NCBI GenBank assembly: GCA_040880975.1
Contig: JBBEEC010000058.1
Span: forward strand, 4,299 to 68,298
From: Bacteroidota bacterium
GTDB lineage: Bacteria; Bacteroidota; Ignavibacteria; UBA10030
Reading direction: 5' to 3'
DNA length: 64,000 nucleotides
How positions within the stretch are numbered: position 1 is the first letter of the stretch; the number at the start of each line of letters is the position of its first letter. The notes beneath the pieces are model-generated. The model was not told the DNA's origin and ran no database searches. It worked only from the letters and a program-made list of their open reading frames with translations. Made by a program: the position numbers and the translations under genes. This document shows positions 39,133 through 48,783 of the stretch, one piece after another.

Positions 39133-41640
39133 TCAAAGGGCGGTCGCGACAATCACCACGCCTTTCGCGGTGAAGATCTCCCCATTCACACCTGACGCTT
39201 CCAGAAGAACTATGTGCGGACCGATCCGTGCTTTGCGTCCGGCGGATTCCATGCCGTCCCATATCACTTCGCCGATGGATCCGGCCGGTTCCGCCTCGGC
39301 CAGCGTCCGAATGACGCGGCCGCGCAGATCGAAGATTCTGATGCGAATAACAGAGCTTGGAATCGGAACGGCAAATCGGACGATGCAAAAATCCTCATGG
39401 CCGTCTCCGTCGGGTGAAAATGGATTGGGAGAAAACGAAAGCGAAGAGCCGGAGGGGGCCGCCGGTGTGAAGAGAGTATTGCGACTGCCCGGGGAGCCGC
39501 CAATCGTGCCGGCCGACGTGCTCCAGTTTCGCGGATCGTTCGAACCAAGATCCGGCCGAATACGCTCCAACGAACGTCCACGCGGATCATTAATAGTTGG
39601 ATGATGCCAGGATGGCGAGTACCGAACGCTGTCAATCGTCATGCCCGTGAGATCTTTCAGGATCACACCATCTCCGGTATTTGCCAATCCAAGCCCGCCG
39701 GGTTGGTTCAAAATGTGAACGCGCGGATCACGGGTGAGCGCAGGGAAGAGCATCAAAATCGTTGAATCCGCCGCAAAGACGGCGAATTCGCCCGGTTCGA
39801 TTGTTATCGATTGACTCAGCGGATACCGATTGACGCCCCCTGATGCAGTAGGAGCATCGCTGAGCATCCATCCTGCCAGCTTCACGGGAACATCACCGGG
39901 GTTGATCAATTCGATCCATTCGTTCTGATCTGCCAACGGCTCGTACATGATCTCATTGATAAGAAGACAACCGGACGGATATCCGCGGGTCACTTCAACC
40001 GTGTCGATGTTATCCATGGGTCTTTCATCTTCCTTCAGGTTCGCGCTGATGAGGATGGAAGTTCTGCCGGAAGGCGCCTCAGTCCAGTTGTGGGACAGGA
40101 AGGCGGTCTCACCGCGCGGCAGGCTGCCTGAAAACAACATGGACCCGACCGCACTTCCTCCGAGAGTTGTCAGGGTAATCTCAAATTCATGAATCGTTGT
40201 TCGTCCCGCGTTAACGACGTGAACGCCAAGCGTCGTTCCCCACACAGCGGCAGATTCAATTCGAATATCGTATTCCATCACGGCAAGACTGTTCGCGGTC
40301 CCGGGAGTACTGCCGCTTGATGACACGGATGTGATCCAGTTCGAAGGATCCGATGAAACGGAAAAATAATCAATCCGCTCCAGCGACCGACCCCCGCTTC
40401 CACCCCATGCCGGATCATACGCAACACTGTCAATCGTGACGCCGTGAAAATCTGTCAGCACCACAGCATCCGATGTTGTATTGTTCAAGGAAGGAAAGAC
40501 CGTTACCACCACGGATGCGGAAAGAGAGTCATGGATCATGAAGAATGAAGAATCGCGTGCAACGAGAGCGAATCCGGAGGGCGGCACAAAGAAATCAAGC
40601 CCTGAGAGAAGGACTCTTGATGTCGTTCGGTTGTCGGAGATCTTCCATCCCCCCAGGTTGATCGGACGGGATGTGGGATTATACAATTCGACCCATTCGG
40701 GTTCGTCCCCCGGTGGTGCGTACATGACCTCGTTGACAATGATGCTTCCCGGACTCACTCCCACGGGGACAACAACTTGTGCCGTGTCATTTGCAGGATC
40801 TTCATCGCCGGCAAACACGGTGACTGCAAGAAACCGGTATGACCCGGCGGAGAGGGGCGGATGAAGAACAGAAAGCGTCGTTGAATCACCCGGTGAAAGC
40901 GCCCCTCCGTCGATGCTTGAAAACATTTCGGGATCCTCGGCGGTCCCGTTCGAGTTATGGTCGAGAAAGAATTTTGTGCTGAATCCGGGGATTTGCATCA
41001 ACCCAAGGGAAGCCACGGTGAGATTGAGGGCAATATCGTCGGAATCCGTGGGTTTGCCGGGGTGGAAGGCGAAGGTGCGAACGGCAAGATCGATCGAGGT
41101 GAACACGGAGACGAAAACATCGTCCAACCGAAGCGTTGCGGTCGTCCCACCTGCCCCTCCGACCACTCTCCAACGGAAGCGAACATTGGACATGTTGGTC
41201 AATGTTTCCGCAATCTGCACAACCGTCAAGACATATCCCGTTGTTCCCGGATGCCGAAGTGTGTCTGTGCAACGCACCGGCCAAGTTGAGCCTCCATCCG
41301 CCGAGGCTTCCACGAGGAGTCCCGATGTGTGTGTGCCAGATCGCGCAAGATAGAACCGCAACTGGTCCGGGACCCGGCCGGTGAAATCAATGATCGGAGA
41401 GACAACCGTCTGTGCCACGGTCGAGTTTGTCGACTGGACGGCGAACGGGGCTGAGTGGGGTGACGTCGAGGTCGTAAAGAAATCGCCGGATGCCAACCGG
41501 TTCGTCGAAGTTTCCCATCCGGATGGCAGTTGCGGAGTTTGAAGGGAATCAAACCTCTCGGTAAACGGAAAGGAAATGATTTGGCTTGCGGAAATACTCA
41601 ACGGAAGGATGAAAACGATCCCCCTGGAAAATGCCCCCAT
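39133..41640 (-). CDS. Secreted lamin-tail-domain protein with CARDB-like domains and a T9SS type-B/FlgD-like C-terminus
   Basis: Two INEIMY..EWIEL.NP repeats, SLER, TPG motifs and C-terminal SPNPFSPDGDG...IFDLRGR...WDG. Confidence 0.85.
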   Translation of the reverse strand: MGAFSRGIVFILPLSISASQIISFPFTERFDSLQTPQLPSGWETSTNRLASGDFFTTSTSPHSAPFAVQSTNSTVAQTVVSPIIDFTGRVPDQLRFYLARSGTHTSGLLVEASADGGSTWPVRCTDTLRHPGTTGYVLTVVQIAETLTNMSNVRFRWRVVGGAGGTTATLRLDDVFVSVFTSIDLAVRTFAFHPGKPTDSDDIALNLTVASLGLMQIPGFSTKFFLDHNSNGTAEDPEMFSSIDGGALSPGDSTTLSVLHPPLSAGSYRFLAVTVFAGDEDPANDTAQVVVPVGVSPGSIIVNEVMYAPPGDEPEWVELYNPTSRPINLGGWKISDNRTTSRVLLSGLDFFVPPSGFALVARDSSFFMIHDSLSASVVVTVFPSLNNTTSDAVVLTDFHGVTIDSVAYDPAWGGSGGRSLERIDYFSVSSDPSNWITSVSSSGSTPGTANSLAVMEYDIRIESAAVWGTTLGVHVVNAGRTTIHEFEITLTTLGGSAVGSMLFSGSLPRGETAFLSHNWTEAPSGRTSILISANLKEDERPMDNIDTVEVTRGYPSGCLLINEIMYEPLADQNEWIELINPGDVPVKLAGWMLSDAPTASGGVNRYPLSQSITIEPGEFAVFAADSTILMLFPALTRDPRVHILNQPGGLGLANTGDGVILKDLTGMTIDSVRYSPSWHHPTINDPRGRSLERIRPDLGSNDPRNWSTSAGTIGGSPGSRNTLFTPAAPSGSSLSFSPNPFSPDGDGHEDFCIVRFAVPIPSSVIRIRIFDLRGRVIRTLAEAEPAGSIGEVIWDGMESAGRKARIGPHIVLLEASGVNGEIFTAKGVVIVATAL

Positions 41641-41705
41641 GGCAACCCCCTTTGATCAATTGGTGTGGACGAAAAACCTCGTCATGGTGAGAATGGGGGG
41701 GTGGC

Positions 41706-42491
41706 TCAATGGTACAGAGATTGCCGCAAAAAGTCTACTATCAGAGAGTAAAACTCATCCGGTGATTCCGCATGCACCCAATGGCCTGTATCAAGCGTCT
41801 TTATCACCGCATTCGGAAACAAGCGACGGATTGAGGCCGTGTCCTGATCCGCAATGTAATCGGATTTCAATCCTTTGATGAAGAGAGCGGGCCCGGGATA
41901 TGGAGTGTTTGAAACGATTTCACTATTCAATTCGTCCATATTCTTGTGCAAGCCTTCGAGGTGGATCTTCCAGCGAAACGAATTGTCGTCATTCCGCTTG
42001 AGGTTTTTCATCACAAACTGTCTTGTCGCCGCATTTGGAATTTGCTTTGCAAGGGCCCGGTCAATGCCAGTCCGGGATTCAAAAGAAGTCAGGTCCAGCG
42101 AAAAAAGGGCGTCAAAAATGTACTCATGGTGGGGTGGATAGGATCGTGGGGCAATATCCACGACAAGAAGGGCCGGGACGCGGGAGGGATGACGGAGGGA
42201 ATATTCCATTGCCGTTTTCCCTCCCATCGAATGGCCCAGAAGAGCTGTCGCGGAAAGATGATGGTCATCCAGAAACTCGCCGAGATCTGCCGCCATGGCC
42301 GCATACGTCATTTCGTCATTGTGAGGAGACTGGCCGTGATTTCTTTGGTCGAGAGCAATGACGCGGTACTGCTCGCTCAGTCGTCGGCTGAGTGAGTGCC
42401 AGTTATCGAGGGAACCGAGGAGTCCGTGGAGGATGGTCAACGGTTTTTGCGGATCGCCTTCCCCGCCATATTCGTGATGGAAAAGCTTCAT
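41706..42491 (-). CDS. Alpha/beta hydrolase (YbfF-like esterase)
   Basis: HGLLGS, DQRNHG, GHSMGGK and GHWVHAE. Confidence 0.92.
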   Translation of the reverse strand: MKLFHHEYGGEGDPQKPLTILHGLLGSLDNWHSLSRRLSEQYRVIALDQRNHGQSPHNDEMTYAAMAADLGEFLDDHHLSATALLGHSMGGKTAMEYSLRHPSRVPALLVVDIAPRSYPPHHEYIFDALFSLDLTSFESRTGIDRALAKQIPNAATRQFVMKNLKRNDDNSFRWKIHLEGLHKNMDELNSEIVSNTPYPGPALFIKGLKSDYIADQDTASIRRLFPNAVIKTLDTGHWVHAESPDEFYSLIVDFLRQSLYH

Positions 42492-42520
42492 TTTCGAAAT
42501 ATTATTGTACATTAAGAATA

Positions 42521-44017
42521 ATGAAAAAAGCATCGAAAAGCAGATTCCTCCTTTTCCTCGTATCCGGGTTTCTTTTCTTCGCGGGCATTGAGGACGGCCT
42601 TGCTCAAAGGAAATCGGAAGCGGGAAGAGAGCCGACACCCGGAATGATGATCAAGGAATCATCACTGGATTATCGGCTGCGGGAGGGATTTGTTCTTGTG
42701 CGTCGGGCGAACGACGGAGAGGCACCCGCACAGCATGAACTGGGATTGCGCTATCTCCAGGGCCGGGGGTTTGAAACCGATACGGCAAAAGCCGCATTCT
42801 GGATACAAAAATCAGCCGCCCAGGATTTTGACCTCGCGCATTTCAATCTCGGCATTCTCACATTGAACGGTTGGGGTGTACCCTGGGATCCTTTCGTTGC
42901 TTTTCGGCATTTCAGAAGCGCTGGCCGGCGCGGCATGCCGGAGGGAGACTTCATTCTGGGCTTGATGTACACGGAAGACCTTATCGTGCGGCAAAACTGG
43001 AGGCAGGCCTATGCCCTGGTCCGAAAGGCCGCAGACGCCGGATATGAGCCCGCAAAGAAGACCTTGACGGAATTCCAGAAGCGGGGGATCGGTGCCGGAG
43101 GATTTGCGAACGGTTCCGCCGCAGACACGGCGAGCGGTTTGCGTCCGCTATTCATCGATTTCAATATTGATACTTCGTCAACGGATGATGCCGCCATCCT
43201 CAATGACTTGATCCAGGAAGGCAGCGAAGAATTGAAAAGAGCTCTGGGCATGAATCCTGCCAGCAACGCACCGGATTCTTCTGCGCTGGCCCTGGTTCAA
43301 CGGGCAAGCGAAGCCGGAAGCCCTGAGGCAAGGACGTTGCTTGGAAGATTCAGCGAGAAGGGAGTCGCAGCGGCTCGTGATCCCATGGTTGCCGCGGCGC
43401 AGTACCTTGTTGCTCTCCGGAATGAGTCCTCACGGGCCATGGAACTCCTTTGGAATCTGGCAAACGGTCCGGGGTTTCCCGAGGAACTTGAGAGGCGGGC
43501 CAAAAAAGGGGACCCGGTTGCCCAATTTGTGTGGGCCGGCCTTGTTGCAGCCGGAATCGATCAACGATTGTCAGGCGAGCAGGCCCTGAGGCTTCTCCAA
43601 TCCTCTGTTCAGCAAGATTACCTCGATGCGATCATTGAACTGGGACTCTGTTATCAATCCGGAAGATGGGTTCCGCAGGATCGTACACGGGCAACAGGAC
43701 TGTGGGCGGCCGCCGCGACGTTGGGAAGCAACGAAGCTCAGGTCCGCATTCAGGCCGTTCAATTGTTTAGCGAGTCACCCAACGTACCCCCCGAACTCAT
43801 TACGTTCTTCCGGACGCAGGCAGAGGAAGGATCCATTCTGGCCCAGGTGGCTCTCGCTTATTGTTATGAACGCGGATTGGGAATTCAGCGCGACAGCGGC
43901 AGCGCTGCCCGGATGTACCGCAATGCAGCTCAACGGGGAAGCCAAAGCGCCTTCGAGGCTCTGAAGCGTATGCACGACGCGATCAGGCCGAAAGAAGCAG
44001 AGTGGGAGGTGGGTTGA
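42521..44017 (+). CDS. Sel1-repeat protein
   Basis: Repeated AQxxLGxxYxxGxG motifs; N-terminal signal/TM segment. Confidence 0.9.
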   Translation: MKKASKSRFLLFLVSGFLFFAGIEDGLAQRKSEAGREPTPGMMIKESSLDYRLREGFVLVRRANDGEAPAQHELGLRYLQGRGFETDTAKAAFWIQKSAAQDFDLAHFNLGILTLNGWGVPWDPFVAFRHFRSAGRRGMPEGDFILGLMYTEDLIVRQNWRQAYALVRKAADAGYEPAKKTLTEFQKRGIGAGGFANGSAADTASGLRPLFIDFNIDTSSTDDAAILNDLIQEGSEELKRALGMNPASNAPDSSALALVQRASEAGSPEARTLLGRFSEKGVAAARDPMVAAAQYLVALRNESSRAMELLWNLANGPGFPEELERRAKKGDPVAQFVWAGLVAAGIDQRLSGEQALRLLQSSVQQDYLDAIIELGLCYQSGRWVPQDRTRATGLWAAAATLGSNEAQVRIQAVQLFSESPNVPPELITFFRTQAEEGSILAQVALAYCYERGLGIQRDSGSAARMYRNAAQRGSQSAFEALKRMHDAIRPKEAEWEVG

Positions 44018-44021
44018 AGCG

Positions 44022-44106
44022 GTTCGAGGTTTAGGTTCCAGTGTTTAAGGTTTCAGGGCAGCAATTCCTAAGCAATTCGTAATTCGAAACTCGTAATTCG
44101 AAATTT
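44022..44106. repeat. Heptamer tracts between convergent genes
   Basis: ggttcga ggttta ggttcca... then aattcgt aattcga aactcgt aattcga. Confidence 0.6.
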
Positions 44107-44113
44107 CCTGCGT

Positions 44114-44899
44114 TCATCTCAAGCATTTCGTACGCTCACCCCTCACACACTCCCCATTCACTAACACCCTCACTCTTTCCTCAACACCTCGCGCTCTCGC
44201 TTCCCTCATAAGCCACTCAGGAGGCTCTTGCATTGGCTCATCGCTGATCTTGAATGTCCCCCAATGGATGGGAATGAGCATCCTTGCTCTTAAATCGAAG
44301 AAAGCCTGGAGCGCGTCGTGCGGATTCAAATGAATGTTCTTAAACCAGGCATGCGGCTTATACGCACCGATGGGTAAAAGAGCGATATCCAGCGCAAAGC
44401 GTTGTCCTATTTCTTTGAAGGTTTCACTGTAGGCGGTGTCTCCCGCAAAATAAACAGCGGAACCAGGGGCCTGGAAGACATACCCTGATGGCCGGGAACG
44501 ATTCCTGCTCCATGGTGTCCGTCCGCTGAAATGTCTGGCCGGAACACAGGTGATCGACAATCCGCGATGTTCCAGTGTTTCCCACCAGTCTAATTCCCGT
44601 ACATCCTCAAATCCTGTTCGAACTCCGAAAGAACCGAGCCCTCTGGGAAGCAGGATCGAAGGGCTGTGAGCCCGGGCGAGACGCCGGAGAGTCCGGAGAT
44701 TCAAATGGTCGTAATGATCGTGCGAAATGGCGACAAGATCGATGGGGGGAAGTTTCGGAAATGGAATCCCGGGTTTCTTGAGTCTGGGGAGGAAATACGA
44801 AACCGAGAAGGAGTAGATGGGATCGGTGAGGATGCGGAGGCCGTTCAGTTCGATCAGGACCGTCGCATGATTGATAAACGTCACGCGGGCCATGAGCAA
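44114..44899 (-). CDS. MBL-fold metallohydrolase (NAPE-PLD/RomA-like)
   Basis: SHDHYDH, PARHFSGR, AGDT, LPIGAY and HWGTF. Confidence 0.93.
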   Translation of the reverse strand: MLMARVTFINHATVLIELNGLRILTDPIYSFSVSYFLPRLKKPGIPFPKLPPIDLVAISHDHYDHLNLRTLRRLARAHSPSILLPRGLGSFGVRTGFEDVRELDWWETLEHRGLSITCVPARHFSGRTPWSRNRSRPSGYVFQAPGSAVYFAGDTAYSETFKEIGQRFALDIALLPIGAYKPHAWFKNIHLNPHDALQAFFDLRARMLIPIHWGTFKISDEPMQEPPEWLMREARARGVEERVRVLVNGECVRGERTKCLR

Positions 44900-45021
44900 T
44901 GCCGGTGCCGTTCCAAATCAGTGGCCCTGTGTTTGTCGATTACTTGAAAATTTGGAACGAGCATTCGTGCTTGCCCCCAGCTGTAGATTCGAGCGTAAAA
45001 CACAATCGTTATTTTTGGGCA

Positions 45022-45483
45022 CTAGGAGTGCGCTTCGGGGTGTTGTCGGAATATCAAGGGGTACAGAAATCCATTTGCCAGACCCAGGAGGGAGAAGACA
45101 AGCACGGCATCAAGGATGGAATACAGATAGAAATCTTTGGAATGGCTGTAGTGGTTCATATAGATCGCGCTGATGCTGGCAAAGACAATCACAAAGAACC
45201 CATAAACCTTCAGACTCCTCACGGGTAACGATCCTTTCAGGTGCGGATGAACCTTGTGAAAGGCAACGGTTACTGTGAGCCACATGACGAAATTATAGAA
45301 GTAGGAAGTGATCCAATCGATCGCCTCAAAGTTCGTGTTGAAGTAAGAAAGATTCTTCTCCATGGCGCCGAAGAGAGGCCCCATGATCACCAATCCCTCC
45401 ACAAAACCTATGACGTAATATCGGAGGAGATTGAGGATGATGCACAAAAGTATGAGCTTCAATCCGATATAGGCGCTCATCAT
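45022..45483 (-). CDS. Hypothetical membrane protein
   Basis: Four hydrophobic helices; directly downstream of the MOSC gene with an AGGA RBS. Confidence 0.7.
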   Translation of the reverse strand: MMSAYIGLKLILLCIILNLLRYYVIGFVEGLVIMGPLFGAMEKNLSYFNTNFEAIDWITSYFYNFVMWLTVTVAFHKVHPHLKGSLPVRSLKVYGFFVIVFASISAIYMNHYSHSKDFYLYSILDAVLVFSLLGLANGFLYPLIFRQHPEAHS

Positions 45484-45489
45484 GATTTC

Positions 45490-46287
45490 CTACGGAAGTG
45501 GTGTGACAGTATCTCCGACCCGCAAAATTCCTTGAGACCTGTGGAGGAGATTTTGTCCGAACAGGACGTCGCCGTTCCGGCTGCGATAGGAGGCAAGTGT
45601 TCGGAGCGGTTCTGTACCTTTGATTCCGGTCGACTGATCGACGGTTGTCGTTGCGCATCGGGCGCAGGGTTTCGCACCAAGAAAGGAGAGGGAGCCAATC
45701 CGAATGTCCTTCCAGGCATCCTCTTCATAGGGCCCGCATCCGCGGACGACAATATTGGGGCGGAATCGATTCATGGGTACAGGTTGAGCGAGTTTTTTGT
45801 TCAGGTCGTCAAGTGATGCCTCAGAAATGACAAGCAGAGGAAATGCGTCGGGAAAGGCAATATGGTCGGTTTTCGATGCTGACGAATGTTGAACAGGACG
45901 AATAGAGCTGGCGGGCATATGAACAAGGAGGCAGGGGATGCCAAGAAGTGTACTGAACCACTTATTGGCTTCCCGGGGCCCCTGCAGAGCCTTTACTTTG
46001 CTTCCCCAGACCTCAGTTTGTATTGCTTCCCCTTCGTCAAGTTCCAAGGGAATCCGAACCGGGTCCAGGCCAGGCGCGGAGAGGGCGATGTGCTCCCCGC
46101 TTAATGTTGTTGCGGCAAGAGCGAGTTTCGGGTGATTCCGCTGAGTGAGGAACATTCCGTTCCGGTCGGTGACCATCCATCTGCGATCGTATTGAAATCC
46201 TCTCTCAACAACAACTGCCTCCGTGACATCCATCCCCCCGCAAGATTTGATCGGATAGATATTCAGCCCGCTGACAACGATGCTCAT
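45490..46287 (-). CDS. MOSC domain protein (YcbX/mARC-like)
   Basis: IYPIKSC, DRRWM, FPDAFP, RFRPNI and CARC. Confidence 0.93.
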   Translation of the reverse strand: MSIVVSGLNIYPIKSCGGMDVTEAVVVERGFQYDRRWMVTDRNGMFLTQRNHPKLALAATTLSGEHIALSAPGLDPVRIPLELDEGEAIQTEVWGSKVKALQGPREANKWFSTLLGIPCLLVHMPASSIRPVQHSSASKTDHIAFPDAFPLLVISEASLDDLNKKLAQPVPMNRFRPNIVVRGCGPYEEDAWKDIRIGSLSFLGAKPCARCATTTVDQSTGIKGTEPLRTLASYRSRNGDVLFGQNLLHRSQGILRVGDTVTPLP

Positions 46288-46288
46288 C

Positions 46289-48127
46289 TCACTCCCATCC
46301 TCTGATCTTCGACCTCTGACCTCTGACCTCCGACTTCTGATCTCTGATCTCTGCCATCTGACCTCTGATATCCGACCCATTCCCCCCATCCCGCTCTCCG
46401 ATCTGCTGCCTCCACATCGCATAATACAGGCCTTTGGCCTCGATGAGCTCGATGTGCGTACCCGACTCCACGATTTGCCCTTTTTCCAGAACATGGATGC
46501 GATCGGCATGCATAATAGTTGATAACCGGTGCGCGATCATGATGGTGATCAGGTCCTTGCGGAGGGAAATCTCTCTGATCGTTTCAGAGATTTCGTCCTC
46601 AGTCAACGAATCAAGCGACGATGTTGCCTCATCGAATACCAGCAGCTGGGGTTGGCGCAGCAGGGCGCGTGCGATGGAAAGGCGCTGCTTTTCGCCGCCC
46701 GAGACCTTCACGCCGCCTTCGCCAATCACGGTTTCAAGCCCCTTGTCCGCCCGCGCAAGCAGACTCTGACAGGCCGATTTCGTCAATACCTCGTGACATT
46801 GTGTGTCCGTTGCGTTCGGATTGACAAAGAGAAGGTTCTCTCTGATGGTTCCCGAGAATAACTGCGTGTCCTGCGTAACGAAGCCGATCCGTTCCCTCAG
46901 CTTTTCGAGGTCGATCTCTGTGGTGGTGGTGTTATTATAGAGGATCTTGCCGGATTCGGGCGGATAGAGCCCCACAAGGAGTTTCACCAGCGTTGTCTTG
47001 CCGGCTCCCGAAGGGCCTACGAAGGCAACGGTTTCTCCCAGGGCAGCCGTGAAGGACACATCGTTTAGCGCATGTCCTTTGCCGCTGACGTGGTGGAAGC
47101 TCACATGATCGAATGCAAGAGAGCGAATTGAGCCAATTTCAACGGGGTTCGCGGGCCGGGGCTCCTTGGGTGTATCAAGAATATCCTGAAAGTTCTTGAG
47201 CGACACTTCCGCTTCCCGGTACACATTGATGATGTGACCAAGTTCCTGCAACGGCCCGAAGATGAAGAAAGAATAGATCCACAGCGCAAAGAACTGGCCG
47301 ACGGTGATCTCCTGCATGAAGATCATGGTGAGCATCATGAACAGGATGCTTGTGCGAAGCGCATTAACAGCGGTTCCTTGAATGAAACTCAGGCTTCGAA
47401 CGTAGCGGACCTTCTTCAGCTCCAGCTGCAATATCCGTTCGGTGACCGAATTGAGTCTGTTGATTTCCTGCCCGGCGAGTCCAAGACTCTTCACGAGCTC
47501 GATGTTTCTCAATGACTCCGTCGTTGATCCGGCCAGCGCCGTCGTTTCGGCGACGATCTGTTTCTGGACAGCCTTGATTCGTTTGCTGAGGACCCAGCTT
47601 AGCCAGCCAAGCAGGGGAGCCGTGGCCAGGAATACAGGAGCGATAAGCCAGTGAACACTGAACGCGTACACAATGACGAAGATGATGCCGACAAGCGTGG
47701 TGAACAGGATGTTCACCGAGGAGGAAATGACCCTCTCGGTATCGGTGCGAACTTTTTGGAGTTTTCCGAGGGTTTCGCCGCTGCGCTGGTCCTCGAACAC
47801 CTGGTACGGGAGCTCGAGAGAATGCTTCAGTCCATCTGAGTAGATCTGCGCCCCGAGCTTTTGCGTGATGACGTTGATGTAATAGTCCTGAAAATTCTTT
47901 GCCACCCTCGAAACAAACGCAACGCCGACCGCGGCGCCGAGAAGCAGCATCACACCGTTGAAAAACTCATCCGCGGTATATTTCTCATACTGGGTTGCGT
48001 ATTCGTCGATTACGTGGCGGAAGATGAGGGGATCAAGCAGGGAGAAAACCTGATTGACGGTAGCAAGGCCAAGAGCGATGGAAACGAGCTTCCAATGCCG
48101 GCGCAGGTAGGAAAGCAGAAGCTTCAT
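46289..48127 (-). CDS. ABC exporter, fused permease/ATPase
   Basis: TM domain plus GPSGAGKTT, SGGEKQR and FDEATSSLD. Confidence 0.95.
   Translation of the reverse strand: MKLLLSYLRRHWKLVSIALGLATVNQVFSLLDPLIFRHVIDEYATQYEKYTADEFFNGVMLLLGAAVGVAFVSRVAKNFQDYYINVITQKLGAQIYSDGLKHSLELPYQVFEDQRSGETLGKLQKVRTDTERVISSSVNILFTTLVGIIFVIVYAFSVHWLIAPVFLATAPLLGWLSWVLSKRIKAVQKQIVAETTALAGSTTESLRNIELVKSLGLAGQEINRLNSVTERILQLELKKVRYVRSLSFIQGTAVNALRTSILFMMLTMIFMQEITVGQFFALWIYSFFIFGPLQELGHIINVYREAEVSLKNFQDILDTPKEPRPANPVEIGSIRSLAFDHVSFHHVSGKGHALNDVSFTAALGETVAFVGPSGAGKTTLVKLLVGLYPPESGKILYNNTTTTEIDLEKLRERIGFVTQDTQLFSGTIRENLLFVNPNATDTQCHEVLTKSACQSLLARADKGLETVIGEGGVKVSGGEKQRLSIARALLRQPQLLVFDEATSSLDSLTEDEISETIREISLRKDLITIMIAHRLSTIMHADRIHVLEKGQIVESGTHIELIEAKGLYYAMWRQQIGERDGGNGSDIRGQMAEIRDQKSEVRGQRSKIRGWE
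46301..46377. repeat. Tandem array of 11 heptamers (consensus TCTGACC/TCTGATC)
   Basis: tctgatc ttcgacc tctgacc tctgacc tccgact tctgatc tctgatc tctgcca tctgacc tctgata tccgacc; lies within the 3' end of the ABC gene. Confidence 0.9.
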
Positions 48128-48255
48128 AGGGGAATATAGGAAAAAGTGAAATATGGTGCATGTCCGGCCCTCCTTATAATTTTGGAGTGGTCGGGACGAA
48201 GATCACGGGTCAAAGAGATAGACGGAGGAGGATGGAAAAGGATGCAGAAACAAAA

Positions 48256-48783
48256 TCAGCGTCCGGCTTGAAGGACTTCGAGGAGTTTCTTCCCCCTGGC
48301 TTTCATTGCCGGAGTACCTGCGGTCGTCAGATCCTTCAACCTCTTCATAATTTGCCCCTTAAGTTTCTTGTCCTGAAGGGCCAGGTTCGCCAGGGTTTGC
48401 ATAGCGTTGGTTCGTACGATGCTCGATCGATCCCGCAGGTATTCCTCCAAGATCGTGATCAGGGCGACCCGTTCCCTTGAATTCCATTCGATGCGCGACA
48501 TCATTTGCGCGGCGTGCCAGCGAACCTCCCGCTGATTGATCCGCGCAATGGTAGTCAGGATTTTCTTTTTATGCGGGGCAAGGAGAATCGGATTATGCTT
48601 TGTGACCTTCTCTGCTGCATCGGCGGCTCGCATCCGGAGAATCGGATCGGCCGATTGCATTCCGCGAACAAGATGCTTGAACAGCAGGGGATTGGCCAGG
48701 ACTTCGGCTGCGGCTTCCTCTGAGCGCCCTATGGAGCGTAGATTTCCCCCTTCAAGCATCTTTAAGAGCGCTCGCCCCTTCAT
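48256..48783 (-). CDS. HEAT-repeat-like protein
   Basis: Helical repeats (RMRAADAAEK, EVRWHAAQM, SIVRTNAMQTL); ATGA-coupled to GH26. Confidence 0.75.
   Translation of the reverse strand: MKGRALLKMLEGGNLRSIGRSEEAAAEVLANPLLFKHLVRGMQSADPILRMRAADAAEKVTKHNPILLAPHKKKILTTIARINQREVRWHAAQMMSRIEWNSRERVALITILEEYLRDRSSIVRTNAMQTLANLALQDKKLKGQIMKRLKDLTTAGTPAMKARGKKLLEVLQAGR

Noticed and set aside
44899-45228. 109-aa plus-strand ORF
   Set aside because: It overlaps the membrane-protein gene that fits the minus-strand operon, and has no RBS.
46288-46509. N-terminal extension of the MOSC ORF (RSEVRGRRSE...)
   Set aside because: It is an open frame through the heptamer array and the ABC 3' end; the MOSC domain starts at 46287.
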